From: Gekko japonicus
Taxonomy: Eukaryota
Assembly (NCBI RefSeq): GCF_001447785.1
Contig: NW_015166495.1
Location: 160,113-224,112, forward strand
Length of the DNA stretch: 64,000 bases
Reading direction: 5' to 3'
Below, in pieces: positions 35,873 through 49,230 of the stretch. Every line of letters starts with the position of its first letter. The first letter of the stretch is position 1. A program made the position numbers and the translations under genes. Below the pieces are notes generated by a model that saw nothing but the letters and a program-made list of their open reading frames with translations, was not told the origin of the DNA and did not search any database.

Positions 35873-36277
35873 CAGGGGTGTTAAACAGGCCGCCCGGGGG
35901 CCGGATTAGGCCCCTGGAGGGCTTCCATAAGGCCCGCAGTGGAACTGACGATCTCCTGCTTCCAGTTGTGCAGCTGCTGCTGCATTATAGCTTGTTTCAC
36001 CAGACTCTCATAATCACTCAGCCATTTCATGTTTTAACCTGGGTCCTAGACTCAGAACTCTCATGAGATTTCTGTGGTGAATGTCAATAAATCAAAATTA
36101 GGTTTGCAGCTTACAGAGCTAATGTTTTAAGCATGTTTTTATCTTTGTGTTTGTGTCCTTTATAAAGTTGATATCTCCACTAGCTGGCTTTACATTTTAT
36201 GACACACATGGCCTGGCCCAACAAAGTCTCATTTATGTCAGATCCGGCCCTCATAACAAATGAGTTCGACATGCCTG
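35873..36277. mobile_element. hAT (Charlie-like) MITE
   Basis: CAGGGGTGTTAAAC / GTTCGACATGCCTG, TSD gcttaaac/gcttaaag. Confidence 0.88.
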
Positions 36278-37141
36278 GCTTAAAGTTTGGTGTCTAGGAG
36301 TATAAAATACTTCCTCAGTTGTGCCGTCTTGGGATCTGGCTCTTGTTGAATAACAACCAGCTGTTGCTGAAGTAACTGGAACCTTCGGATTAAATTACTT
36401 CGCTCATCTTCCGAAAGTGTGGAGAAAGAGGAGAAAAATTCTGCTTCAGTGTTGTTCAACACCAGGTCTTTCAATGCCGGAGCTTTCCTTTCTTCCAGAG
36501 GAGGGTATTCTTTGGAAAACTTGTTTGTTTTGGGGGCTTTCTCTGTCTTTTTGGGAATCACCACAGCCACACAAGGGTTAGCCATTGGTTGAAAGTCAAA
36601 TAACATTTCCTCCTCCTCCTCTCAGTTGTCCAGAGACTTTCCCACTGGGAATGTGCCTTTGGATTTCAAATCACCAGTAGTTTCTTTAACATCTTTTTTA
36701 TCCATTTTAATCAGTGGCTTTTTGGATGGAATCAAGGGCTTAACTTTCCCACTCTTAAAGAATCTAGAGGGGGAAATTCCAAAATGCCGCAAAAACTGCC
36801 ATTTTGCCAATATTAATGACGGGATCCATGAAAAAATACAGGAAAATGCAGTCATGATGGGTAGGACCATATATTCTCTTGACAGATCTGATGTTAACAT
36901 GAGAAAGCCCTAGCAAATAGGACAGGTGTCCTCTTGCTTTCCATTTAGAAGACCGGTCTATCCATCGCCCCTGATATTTATGAATATCTAAAACGATAGC
37001 TTTTGGTTCTAAAGTCAATGAAGCAGATACTTCAGGGGCCTACTGTGTGGAATTTATTTTCCTTTCAAGGATAGGGGGATTGCTTCCAGTGCTTATTTAT
37101 AAAACGTGCTTCTTCTTGCTTCCCCTGCTTTGGGTTAGATA

Positions 37142-37452
37142 CAGAGGTGGCCAAACAGTGGCTCGGGAGCGGCATGCGGCTCTTTCACACGTATTGTGCG
37201 GCTCCCAGCAGGGCAGCTGGGGAAGCGAAATATCATTAGAAAACAAATATCATTGGACAAATAAATATCGTTATCAATATCTGCATTTACTGCTTTTGTT
37301 ATTATTTTTGGCAGTCTTGTTTAATGTTAATAAAAAGCAAATTTGCATATTTCCCAGTAAAGACATGTAATATTTGTCCATGTCTTGCAGCTCTCAAATA
37401 TCTGACATTTATTTTGTGTGGCTCTTACATTATGCAAGTTTGGCCAGCCCTG
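37142..37452. mobile_element. hAT MITE
   Basis: CAGAGGTGGCCAAAC / GTTTGGCCAGCCCTG, flanked by ggttaga on both sides. Confidence 0.8.
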
Positions 37453-38477
37453 GGTTAGAAGATCAGTGGTACCACACTGCTTCTACTTACAAAAGAATTG
37501 AAGCAATGGATCACGTTTCTCATAAATTTTACTCACTGTTGGGGTTGCAAAGAGTCGGACTCGACTGTGCAACTGAACAACAACAAAAAAGAGTGTTTGA
37601 GAAGCCAGAAATTCAAACTCCTTAGAGCAGATCTTTACATAATGTTCTTTAGAATGCTCTGTTTCCAGTAGCTTAGGTGATGAAGAGAGCGATATTTTAG
37701 TCTCATTAATGGTACTTATCTCAGCTGGTGGTGGAGCCTTCTCAGTGAATATCCAGGTTAATGTTGACTGGAGACAGGGCTATTTTGGGGGCAGAACGCA
37801 CCGGAACAGCGTTCTGGCTGCCTTCTGAGCCTGTCCAGCCCCTCTCCGCACTGCCCTTCCCTCACCAAAAGCCCTGCTCCTGTGGAGAGGCCCAGCTGCA
37901 CTCTGTTCAGTGGCAGCGCGAGGGGCAGCCCGGCAGCTGGGAGCCAAGCAGAGAGCGAGGGCGGTCCGGTGGTGAGGGCGATGGGCAGCCTGGCAGCTGG
38001 GAGCCCCCTGGCATGCCGCCTCCTTCCCCTCTGCTCCTCCTGGCTTTCGATCAAGGGAAACCTTTACCTTTACCTTTTAATTGTTTCAGGATTTCTCACC
38101 GCTTGTCAGCCTTTTCGGCTCCTCGAAGCTTTCGATGGAGCCACACCTGCTCGTTTTACAGTCCGTGCTTTTGATCGATGCCACATTTTTTCCTTTCCTT
38201 CTGTGGTGCGTCTCCTGTCTTTTCTGCTCCTTGCTCAGTTCTCTGAATTTTAGGGTCCGCAGACAAGTCCATAGCCAGGACTTTTTAATTGGGGGTGGCT
38301 TTAAATAACTCGGGGGGAACTGACATCACAAAAAAAAAACCACCTCATGTTTGCCAGTTGGAGCAGGCAGAAGCAGTTGGAGCAGGCGGCCACTCTGTCC
38401 ATGGAGGACTCCCATGTGGTGGCTGGGGGGAACAGTGTGCCAGCCTCCAGCAGGATGTGCAGCAACCGGGTGAGGAG

Positions 38478-39786
38478 CAGTGTTCCCTCTAAGCTAAGCT
38501 AGTGTGAGCTAGCTCGCAGTTCTTTAGCCTCCGGTGTAAGCCTGCAAGCCTGCTATGGTGTTTTTATGGACTGTGTTATACTGTACCTGATTAAGTGTGC
38601 CAACGACGAACTGTGCCTGGAAATGACATGTTGAGAGCGCCCGGTGAGTGTGCCTACAGAAGACAGTGTTCTTGCAATGGTTGCTTCTCCAAGAGGTGTT
38701 CCCATGTCTAGTACATGCCATGGATCAACGCACGTGGTAGCAGAAAGCACACAGCGCCATTTCAAACTAACAAAACGCCATCTCAGACCAGCCGCATGGT
38801 CACCTTCCTCCAGGGCCCCCTCCCCCTCGCACCAACGAAGCTGCATGTACCCACAACGACCCTGTATTCAGCCTGGCCGCATGGACATGAGTCATCCATC
38901 TGCATACGAATATCCCTAGCCCAGGTGTCTTGATTAAGTTAGAAATTAGATCTCAAATTGCCCGCCAGTTTCCTCGCCCACCCAGAAAATTACAGTAGCC
39001 AATCGCTAACTTCTTGGCTATGACAAAACTCAGCGTCACAGGGAAGGCCCCCTGGACCTAGCTCCTCCTCTAGGCCCCCTGAATATAATCTAGAACACAC
39101 CCACAGTTCGCTCTCTTGAGCACTCTCTCTGAAACCCCCCATCGCTCTCTAACGTCGCCCTCTATAACTCTGCTTTACCTCTCAAGCCCAGCTTTCTATT
39201 CCGAATCCTACCCATCCCTCTTTACTTTCTAGTATTGCGCAGCTAGAACTTCTTGGCATGTGGTCTTAGCTGGTCTGAGTCCATTCGTCATTCTTTTCCA
39301 ATTTCCTCCCCATCCTTACCCCTTCGCTGGAAGTTTGGAGCCACGTAGTTGCAGCTAGGTAATTATACCCCAGAGCATCAACCATCGTTTTCCTGCAAAT
39401 TGCAACTGTGCTGAATTACTCTATCTTGATTTCTTCGTTCTTGTGTGCTGTGATTGTTGTATGTTATTAAGTGAAGTGTGTCAGTAAACTATCATTATTA
39501 TTAAGGAAGTCTGCCTCAGTCTCTCATTGGGAACCTCGGAAACAGCGACATCCTCCGTAAACATAGACGGTAGAATCCCGAAAATGATAGCTGTACCAAT
39601 TGTTTCTCTTTGAAAGCAATTCGGCTAACACCAGCTCACACATTTTTGTCTTCGCTCAGGAAGGGATGGCTCCAGAGCAAACTAATTGATGCAGTAGCCC
39701 AATCGCTCACTCACAACTTTAATGCCGGTAGCTCACCAAATAGAATGTTTGCTCACGAGGACTCCACCAGCTTAGAGGGCGCATTG
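38478..39786. mobile_element. hAT MITE (CAGTGTTCCC family) split by a solo LTR
   Basis: Perfect TSD GTGAGGAG; the halves rejoin to the ~206-bp family sequence. Confidence 0.92.
38535..39630 (+). mobile_element. Solo LTR, 1096 bp (ERV1/Gypsy-type 4-bp TSD)
   Basis: TGTAAGCC...GGCTAACA, TSD ccgg/ccag, AGTAAA at about 39483. Confidence 0.88.
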
Positions 39787-40242
39787 GTGAGGAGTGGATG
39801 AAGGAGCACCAACGTACCCTGGAAGTTGAGTGCCGTGGAGCTGGCCTCCACTGGCGTGCCAGCTCCAGCTGGATACCCAAGCAGAGGAGTGGGAGGAGGA
39901 GGAGGCAAAAGAGGAAGAGGTGCCCCAGCCTGGATCTGCTGGCCTCAGTCATGCCACACACCTGCCCTAGCCCCACTAGCTTCTAAGCACCTCTGAAAGT
40001 TCTTGCACTGCACTGGGCACAGCAGGCAGGCACCCCGCTAGCCCCACCTCACCTCACCTGCCCACCTGGCTGCCTTGTGCCACCGCTGCTGCCAGCTCGG
40101 GATCCACAGCTCCTTCCCCAACCGCCAGCCCGTGATTGAGCTGGCGGGGCTGCTGGCAGGTGGGGAAGTCAACCCTGCCCCTGGAAGGGCTGGAGGGTGT
40201 GGACACTGCTGGGTTTGCTCTTGCTTCAACTCCCTTCTTAGC

Positions 40243-40512
40243 TAGGGTTGCCAAGTGAGATTTTCACTGCATCCACGTCACCCGGAAGTGACGCAACCAC
40301 GCCGGGCACGCTGGGGGCGGGGCCACGACCATCTGAGGGAAAAACCATAGAGTTTTCCCTCGGATGACCCAGCGTGCCCGGCGTGGTTGCATCACTTCCG
40401 GGTGACCTGCATGTCAGGGTGGGGTTCCCCCCGGGGCCCGATCTGGTGGCGATGGGGAACGGGCCTCTGGGGCGGGGTTTTCCCCACCCCCCGGGGGGAC
40501 TTGGCAAGCCTA
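40243..40512. mobile_element. hAT (Tip100-like) MITE
   Basis: TAGGGTTGCCAAG / CTTGGCAAGCCTA, TSD ttcttagc/ttcctagc. Relative of 6761-7126 in opposite orientation. Confidence 0.9.
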
Positions 40513-40639
40513 TTCCTAGCAAGCTTGGGGAAGGGGCTGTGGTGGGGAGTCAGGGGGCTTGGGCTGGATGGGAAGTCCCAGGGCCTTGACAGGAAGTTGG
40601 GGGGGGATGGGTCCTGAAATGCCTCACTGTAGCTATGGG

Positions 40640-41790
40640 TTGAGAATTAGACATAATGATGATGACTGAGAACACTACGGTAAATCACGGTGGGAATTGC
40701 CATGTTTATCTAACTCCTCTTTATTTGCACATCCCCCCTAGAGTTCTTAAAGTTTAAATCAGAAGAATGAGTAATTAACTGTGAAGTTTAAAGGGCTTAT
40801 TTGAAGCGTTTCCCTAGGCATTCCATTTAAGACTTCTGTGATACCGGTATATTCCAGGAGGACCTCTAGTACTGTATTTCTAAAATGGCAAGGAACAGGT
40901 ACCTGCAAAATCAGTGTCTTCTGTCACCAGGAAGAGGCAATGCTGTCCTTTTCTAAGAGTGAAGAACAGATTTGCTAATATGTCCCACATAAGCAACTTT
41001 GCCCAGAACTTCTTTGAATGGGACCTTTGGCATTTCACCATTTTCTCCAGTCTATTCCTTGGACGGCTTTAGGAGACTGTGTGGCATGTAGTGCAGTTGG
41101 TCACCTTGATTTGCCGTCAGATCAAACAAAACAAAACAAAATCCCTTCTGGACCTCTTTCTTCCAAGTCATCAGTCCTTGCAGAGACAGTCAGTGGGAGC
41201 ATTGACCTTAAAAAAAAACACCCTTAAAGCATATTTTGTGGACTAGTGAGGTTCTATGAGAAGAGGACTGTATTTAATTGAATTTCCTGGTCTTGATGAG
41301 GAAGGCTAGGCCGCTGGCCCCAACGGCTTTCTTACAGCCTGACTGCTGTACTTAGGAAAGAAGAATACATATTGAAGAAGATTTCAGCCTTCTGTTTAGA
41401 CATCACTAGATAAGTAACAACTCGTTACCAACAGAAGTAATATGTGGATAAGTGCTGTCTATCCTGGGAGCCATGGTGTTTACTTTGGCGCTCTGTGTTG
41501 TGATGCTCATTTCCAGAGGACATTTCTTCAGTCACATCTGTACCAGCCTCTGGATCGTTTTTGTTTGTGGGACTTCACTTGCAGCCAGCAACCCAACCAG
41601 GTAGTGTCCTTTTCTTTCTCAACACTGTCCCTTCTATCTCAAACTGGCCTGGAAGAGGGGCCTTTTTCTCATGCTTCCCATTGCCCGAAGGGGTAGATGC
41701 TTAACTTTGGGAGTGATCCGTTGCAGGATCAGTGAAGCTGTAGCTAGCAATGGCAGGAACAGTCCGGGTTTGCTGCTCTGTCTGAGGATT
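40640..41790 (+). promoter_or_regulatory. Conserved upstream module copy 2 for OR-D
   Basis: TAATTA at 40772, TCCCTAGGCA at 40811, acceptor-like ending 41167. The donor position reads ATAAGT at 41410. Confidence 0.55.
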
Positions 41791-42546
41791 TATGGTGCAG
41801 CCTCATTTGGAATACTATGTACAATTCTGGTCACCATATCTCAAAAAGGACATTGCAGAGATGAGAAAAGTAGAAAGGAGGGCAACCAAGGTGATTAGGA
41901 AGTTGGAGCTCCTTCCCTAAGAGGAAAGTCCTAAGAGTCTGGGACTTTCCAGTTTAGAAAAGAGACAACTAAGGAGGGACATGCTATATGCATGGGATGG
42001 AGTCAGTTGACAAAGAGAATTGTTTCTCCCTGTCCCAAAATCCTAGAACTCAAGGGCATCCAATGAAGCTGATGGGCAGTAGATTCAGAACAGACAAAAG
42101 GAAATACTGCTTTACACAGAGAGTGACTAAAATGTGGAATTTGCTACCAGAGGATGAAGTGATAGCCACAGGAATAGACAGATTCATGGAGGATAAGTCT
42201 ATCAGTGGCTACTAGCCATGGTGACTGATGGGAACCTTCATATTCAGAGGCACTAAACCTTTGAATCCCAGAGCCAGGATGTAACAGCAGGAGAAGGCCT
42301 TGGCCTCTATGCCCTGTTGTTGGCTCTCCAGAGGAACTAGTTGGCCACTGTGTGAGACAGGATGCTGGACTACATGGACCACTGGTCTGATCCAGCAGGG
42401 CTCTTCTTATGTTCTTATAAAGGCCTTAGCTTCTGTGCTCTGGTGCTGGACCTCCAGAGGAACTAGTTGGCCACTGTGTGAGACAGGATGCTGGACTACA
42501 TGAACCACTGGTCTGATCCAGCAGGGCTCTTCTTATGTTCTTATGT
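41788..42546 (+). mobile_element. CR1 LINE 3' fragment with duplicated last ~125 bp
   Basis: CR1 ORF2 C-terminal motifs and two (TTCTTATG)n tails. Confidence 0.9.
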
Positions 42547-43206
42547 ATTACTAAACACTGCAGATAGCAGGTAATGAATAGACATTATTGTGGTTGACCA
42601 AATTCAGGGTGCTGATGAATGAACAGTATATGCTTACCCAGGAGGCAGGGTAATGAGGCTTGGCACTTTTTGTTGAAGGTTTTCTGTGAGCCACAGCACT
42701 GCTATGCTGTTGAGCTCTGAGCAAGGGTGACTTTTTAACTATACTGGTAGCCTAACGGATTGCTCAAAAGTTACTACAGTAAAATGAGAAAGGACCTGAT
42801 ATTTTGCTTATGTAAATCAGTTAATAAATAAACCCATAATTGAATAATTAATAAGGTCACACATTCTTGACATCGAGTTTTCCTACCTGGTTTCCCGGCC
42901 AAAGCAACTAGTCCTTTCCCTCCCTTTCTTCCCCCCAGCTCCTCCTGCAAAAATATTATAGCACAACTAATTAGTAGAAGCACCACACAGCTTTTGCAGA
43001 GTAGAATTGCGATCAGTATGGAACCCCGTTTTTTGTCATTGTCTGTTCAGACTCAAAAGTCAGATTTTAAAGGAATCACAATATGTGCAATTGTTTCATA
43101 TTAGCCAAGCACTGTCTTCTTCTTCTTCTTTTTTTTTAAGGAGGAACGAGTCTCTTGAGAGAAATGTAAGACATATTGTGAAATTATTTCACATTGTTGA
43201 GAAGGT

Positions 43207-43522
43207 AGGCTACGGTCACACAAACTAAATAATCCACTTTCAGACAGGCCCGTAGCCAGGATTTTTTAATTCGGTGGGCCTTTAAATAAGTCAGGGGGCA
43301 CCCTGCACCCACACCCCAAGGGAGCGCCTGGGCTGGATGGGAAGTCGGGGGCCTTGGCGGTAAGTCAGGGGGCCGTGCCCCAAGATGCCCCACTGTAGCC
43401 ACGGGCCTACTGTCAGAGCACTTTCCAACTGGATTTTACTGTATGGACTGGCAAAAATCCAGTTGAAAAGTGCACTGAGAGTGGACTGGAAGTGGATTCT
43501 TTCGCGTGAGTGACCACAGCCT
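43207..43522. mobile_element. Harbinger-like MITE with nested hAT MITE (43245-43409)
   Basis: AGGCTACGGTCAC / GTGACCACAGCCT; the inner element has an 8-bp TSD. Confidence 0.82.
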
Positions 43523-44050
43523 GAGTCGTTTTTTTAGAAGTCCATAATTTCTTTAAAAATAGCATTTTTTCAGTGAACTGTAAGAATATGATGAAAATAA
43601 GTTTAAGTTTAAGGCTCTGGAACATTTTTAGGTTTTACTACTATTATGTTTTAAGGAGATTTATATCCATGAAGTTAGTATTGGGGACTTTCCCAAACTT
43701 GTGAGTAATAATCATAAAGATTTACTGTGGGGAATGAATAAAACCTGACTCTAAATACAGAACTAAAGCAAAAGGCATTGTATGTATTAAATAATAATCT
43801 CTACTGCCATGGCGACAACTTAATTCCTGGTCTACGTGTCACTGAATCCACTGGTTCCACTGACCTTAAAAAACCATGGAATTAGATGAACTGAAGGCTC
43901 GTTAATTTCATTCCGTTTGCACTGCACTGGGTTTAGAAACAGGTAGATCCCAGGGACCAGAATGTTTTATGGATAAGCAAAACTCTGCCTGGGCCACTTC
44001 TAAACGGTTCATTTCTTCATTCCTACAGAAGCAACAAGGCAAAGAATGTC

Positions 44051-44983
44051 ATGGGACCTCCAAATGACACAGTGGTGACTGAATTCATCTTGGTTGGGTT
44101 ATCTGAACACCCCCGAGCACAGGCTGTGTTCTTTTGGTTCCTCTTGGTGGTATACCTCACAAGCTTTCTTGGGAATGGCCTCATCATCATATTGATAATT
44201 GCAGACTCTCATCTTCATTCTCCTATGTATTTCTTTCTTTGTATCCTCTCCTTGGTGGATCTCATTATTTCCAACAATGCACTTCCCGAAGTCATGGCCA
44301 ACTGCTTCTCTGACAGGGCCACCATCTCCTTCTACAGATGTTTGGTTCAGATGTATGTTGGTCTGTTGCTCGTTGTAATAGAATGTCTTCTTCTGGCTGT
44401 TATGGCATATGACCGCTTTGCAGCGATATGCCAGCCGCTCCACTACATGCAGATCATGAGCTGGAGGTTTTGTACCACTTTAGTATCTTTATGTGTGGTC
44501 CTTGCCTTACTGAATACCTTGATCAACATATTGTTGCAGCCAACGGACTTCTGTGGACACAATATCATTAATCATTTTGCATGTGAGTTACAATCATTCC
44601 TTAAACTGGCTTGCTCTGATATACGTGCAACTGAGCTCTACATGCAAGTTACCAGCTTCTTTATCCTAATACCCCCCTTTGGCTTCATCGTTGTAACTTA
44701 TGGGCGCATAGGCTTAGCTGTCCTGCGCATTCGTTCAACACAGGGTCGCAAGAAAGCTTTCTCCACCTGTAGTTCTCACCTCATGGTGGTCAGTGTCTTT
44801 TATAGTACAATCATGATCATGTACTTGAAACCCCAAGCGAAATCTGCTTCAGATCAAGATAAAGCCATATCTTTAATGTATGGGGTCTTAACTCCCACGC
44901 TCAACCCCCTGATCTACAGCTTGAGAAACAGAGATGTGAAGGGAGCTTTCTGGCGACTGTTTGGAAGGAAAATATCAAAATAA
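44051..44983 (+). CDS. Olfactory receptor, class II, 310 aa (OR-D)
   Basis: MGPPNDT, LHSPMYFF, MAYDRFAAIC, KAFSTCSSH, PTLNPLIYSLRN. Acceptor ttcttcattcctacag ends at 44028. Confidence 0.96.
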   Translation: MGPPNDTVVTEFILVGLSEHPRAQAVFFWFLLVVYLTSFLGNGLIIILIIADSHLHSPMYFFLCILSLVDLIISNNALPEVMANCFSDRATISFYRCLVQMYVGLLLVVIECLLLAVMAYDRFAAICQPLHYMQIMSWRFCTTLVSLCVVLALLNTLINILLQPTDFCGHNIINHFACELQSFLKLACSDIRATELYMQVTSFFILIPPFGFIVVTYGRIGLAVLRIRSTQGRKKAFSTCSSHLMVVSVFYSTIMIMYLKPQAKSASDQDKAISLMYGVLTPTLNPLIYSLRNRDVKGAFWRLFGRKISK

Positions 44984-45870
44984 AGACTACCCCCATACAC
45001 TCCATTTCTTCTTAAGGTAATCTTGATCATACACAAAACACCATTTCTGTGTAGAAATGCGTAATTCATCAATTTTACTTTATAAGGGATTCACTTTATA
45101 AGGGATGGCCGCCATGTTTAAACTGTAATGTTCTAAATGTAATTTTAATGTTAATAAGTTTTATTGGCTGTTTTATTGATGGTTTCTAGATGTGATGTAT
45201 TAATTTTACTGGTTTTTAATTGTTGTAAGCCACCCTGAGCCGCTTCGGCGGGAGGGCGGGATAAAAATCTAATAAATAAATAAATATGACAAACAGCTTG
45301 TCCCTGTTTTACAATCAACATGTCTCCTGTTAGTGATAATTTCTGGCGGCACGGAAATATGGAAGATTACAGGTATTTCCTACACATAATTGATTTCTTT
45401 AATGGACGTTAATCTGGTTTGATGTAGCCATTATGTTATATTGGACAAAATGAGCGGAGAATGATACCACTGACTGTAGCTCCTGGGACAAAAATATTGG
45501 TGTAAACATAAGTCAAGTTTAACTAATATTGTTTTAACAAGAAAGTAGGGCAGGAACTGGATTCTTGATGCCTCTAGGTTCTGATTGAAATTCTCAGTTT
45601 ATCAACAATGCCATGTGGACAGTCGATCTCAGAACACTGGGTTGTATTTTGATGTTGTAATCCAGATTGCCTCTTCCTTAGTGAAAGACAGACATTGGCC
45701 TCCCACAGGAAGCTGCAGCATTCGCTGAATCAAAAGCAAAGCAAATCTTTGGAAGAGGAATAGGATCCCGGATTGGAGAATGGGACCACTGACCTTTTCT
45801 GCCATTGTTATTTCCTGGTACCAAAGATGAGATCACAACTCAAAATATTGTAGATGTGTGATGTTTTATT

Positions 45871-46540
45871 CAGGGCTGTGTATTGGGATCTACCCGAGCC
45901 AAAAATATTTCGGCATCCCAAGTGTATTCGGGTTTTTTCAGGAAAACCAGGGGGGGAAATCCTGAGAAAATTTTAGGTAATTCGGGAATTTCCGGTAGAT
46001 CCGAAACAGCTCCTGCCTGCCAGCTGTTTGTCATGCTTCTGCAATCCCTTTAAACATTAAAGAGGCTGCAGAAGACAGCCCCCTACCGGCTCAGCTTGGG
46101 GCTGGCTGGCTGGCTGACTTCTCTTGCAGCCCTGTTTAAACTGGAGCTGGCCCCTCTTGTAGCTCCATTTAAATTGAACTGCAAGAGAAGTCAGCTGAGG
46201 ATTGGCTGGGGCGGCCAGAGCTGAGAGCTCCCCTCTGCCTCTGCATGGCATTGCCTTCTCTTGAAACCTGGTTTAAGCTGGGCTGCAAGAGAAGTAAGCC
46301 CGGGATCAGCTGTGCCTGCGGGGAGCAGACTGTTCCCTGCGGGTACAGCTACTGTTCTGCAATTTCCCCCCTATTTTTTTCTTCTCTGGTCTACTCGACC
46401 CCACCCCAAATTTTTGAAATTCCCAGATCCAAATACCCCATTGGTATTGGGATCTGGGATTGTTTGGGAAACCTGAAGATGTTTTCGGTTCTATGTACCC
46501 AAACTGGGGAAAAAAGGATGGCAAAAACTGCATACCCCTA
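45871..46540. mobile_element. Non-autonomous hAT
   Basis: CAGGGCTGTGTA / TGCATACCCCTA, perfect TSD GTTTTATT. Empty site in the paralog at about 10500. Confidence 0.88.
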
Positions 46541-48321
46541 GTTTTATTCTTTCATCTGCTAATGTTTAGGACTACTATGCTTTTTCTGTTGAACACCAAA
46601 TAAAAAGCATTTGAAAATGTCACTTTAGGTTTTTCTCTTACCTTGGATTGACTGCTGCTCATACAACCTACAGGCTATTTGTAATGTCTTTTCAGAGTGA
46701 ATGAGCACAAGATTGAAATATCTGGGGAAACCCAATAATTGCCTACTCTTCAATGTCCATATTTCATGAGATGTATACATTGGCATAGATGTCACTTCAT
46801 TTTAAAAACATTATCCTGCAAAAACAAAGAGGATGGAGAATGGATAAGAGGGATGCCCATTTAAGTGTTTCTGGTCTGAATATATATCCCAAAGAAAGCT
46901 AATTTTTTGATATATCAGAGTATCCATTATTACCCAAATCTCCTGACTAAAGGGGTGTCCACCTTTTAAAGTGTCAAAAGTGTATACACATGTGTGCTCA
47001 CGACAAATAGTATTGGGACTGTCTTACAAAGATCTGGTCTAACACCTCAGAAAGGTGCATAGATTCTTAGAAATAAACACACAGTTGGTTTCAAGTTTAT
47101 TATTTATTTATTTATTTATTTGATTTATACCCTGCCTTCCCTTGGTTTATTAAGGAAAAGAATAATAGCAAAGAGAATTAGCAAACTGAATACAGAGTCT
47201 GAAACATGCGTACACATACACAAGAAAAGTTCTACAAATCCTAACTTCAACTAAATCCTAACATCATGGAATAAGACTAGAGTCTAAAGAGAAATGGTGG
47301 GGAGAAGGAGGGGAAAAGATATCCTGATCTGTCCTGGTGAGTGAGATCCTGTATAGTTCATCAGAGGAAGGAGAAAGCGACGTGGGAGAGGGCCATGTGG
47401 AAGAGCTGAGCAAGATCTTCACAGACATCTGCATTAGGATATCAGGGCTGATCCTGAGTCCTGCACACAATCCCCACTACCCATCCATAGGGTAGTACTG
47501 AGATGGGAAAGACTGGCTGGAACTAAAAGCTGTGGTTCTCACGGCTAACTTCATACCCCAAGAGTGTGAAGATAGAAAGGAAATACGATACTTCTCAGCA
47601 AGGAGAGGTAGTTTCCTCCTCTAATGTCCCTCTAGAGTGAGCAGGCAGGCTTGGTTTAGCTGAAATCTACTATGATCCATGCCCATCCTACCTATGGCCC
47701 TTGCATTTTGGGCTCGGCACTGTCAGGCTTCAGGCTGGCATGGAGACTGCAGGAACTGCCACCACCCACCTTGTCTTAGCTGCCTGACTCTGAGCTGGGC
47801 CTGCCCATCCTACCCATCCAGTGACAATGTGAGCCAGTGAGCAGGGTTAGGGGTGGGGGACAGGGCCACCTATTTGAGGATGAGCTCACAGCTCTCATAG
47901 ACCGAAGTGATGGTGCTGTTACTGCCTTTCCCTCCACTAGTTCTAATGCTGCCCTGTGGAAGCATTAGTTATTGCTTTGCAGCTACTCCCTTACTTTTCT
48001 CCAGGGAGGTTCTTTTGCCATGGTGTTTTGGATGACTCTGAGACTCCTCACCACTTGTCAGCCTTTTAAGCTCCTCGGACTGTTTGACAGAGCCACATCT
48101 CCTTGCTTTACAGCAGTGTTTTTAATTGATGCCACATTTTGTCATTTCTTTGGTGGTGCTTTCACCCACCCTTTCGTTTGCTGAAGATCTTTTTTTTTAA
48201 TTAAAAAAGCTGCTTATCTGCATAACCTGCAGTTGCATTTGTGATGACTGGCAAAGGAATGATTCCCCACACCAACACTTCTCCCTGCTTCAGCTGTGGA
48301 TTTTCTTCACTGATTCACTCT

Positions 48322-49230
48322 TAGGGATGGGCACAAACCAGCTCACGAATTAAAGCTCATTATGAATTTTGGCCAGTTCATGGTCCGCAAAGCAATATTT
48401 GTGGCTGGTCAAGCAGCATGAACTTTCCACAAACTTTCCAGCTGTTTGTGGAGGTTCATGCCAGTTCATGACCAGATACATCTCCAGACAGACAGACTGT
48501 CTCCACTCAATCTAAATGTTTATACAAATTCAAAGCGATAACTTGGTGGGCATGTAGAGGGGCATCTGGGGGAGATCGCCTGTGACTTAGGTGTCTATAG
48601 CTTGCACAGGATCTGTTCTATACACTCCTGAACCTCCTGAACCTGCACCTGTCAAAATGATCCCCACCAAACTTGGAGGGCAAGTAGAGGAGTCAGCTGG
48701 AGATCCTCTGCAAAACTGGTGTCACTAGCATGCCTGGGGGCTGATCTATGCAGTCATAAACCTCATGAACCGAACCGGTTCATTTGACCACTAAAAGTTT
48801 GTAACAGTTCATGACAAAGGTCATTTCGGGGGGGATCGCGGGGGAACGCAGTTCCCCCGGGTGAGGTGCAGGGGGGCGGGACACATGACGAAGCCCTGCC
48901 CCCTGCTTCCAGCTGCCCCGCTTCCGGCCCTCATTCAGCCAGGAGGAGGCAGGAGAAGAGGGAGGGTAAGTTGCTTCCTCCCCACCTCTCCCCACCCCTG
49001 CCTGCCTGGGGCCAGGGAGGGCCTTGGCGGGGCTTCCTCGCACTCCTGCTGGCCTTGCAGGTCCACCGCCGGGCCCCTGATGTCAGGGGGTGTGGCATAT
49101 GCTAATGAGTTATGCTAATGAGTTCCCCTAGCTCTTTTTCTATGAAACGACCCCTGGTTCATGATTTATTAATCGGGGATGCCACAAACCATGAACTGAA
49201 CCTCATTTTTCTGGTTCATGCCCATCCATA
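48322..49230. mobile_element. Non-autonomous hAT (TAGGGATGGGCA) with nested MITE 48815-49156
   Basis: Outer TSD ttcactct/tttactgt; inner perfect TSD GTTCATGA. Confidence 0.85.
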
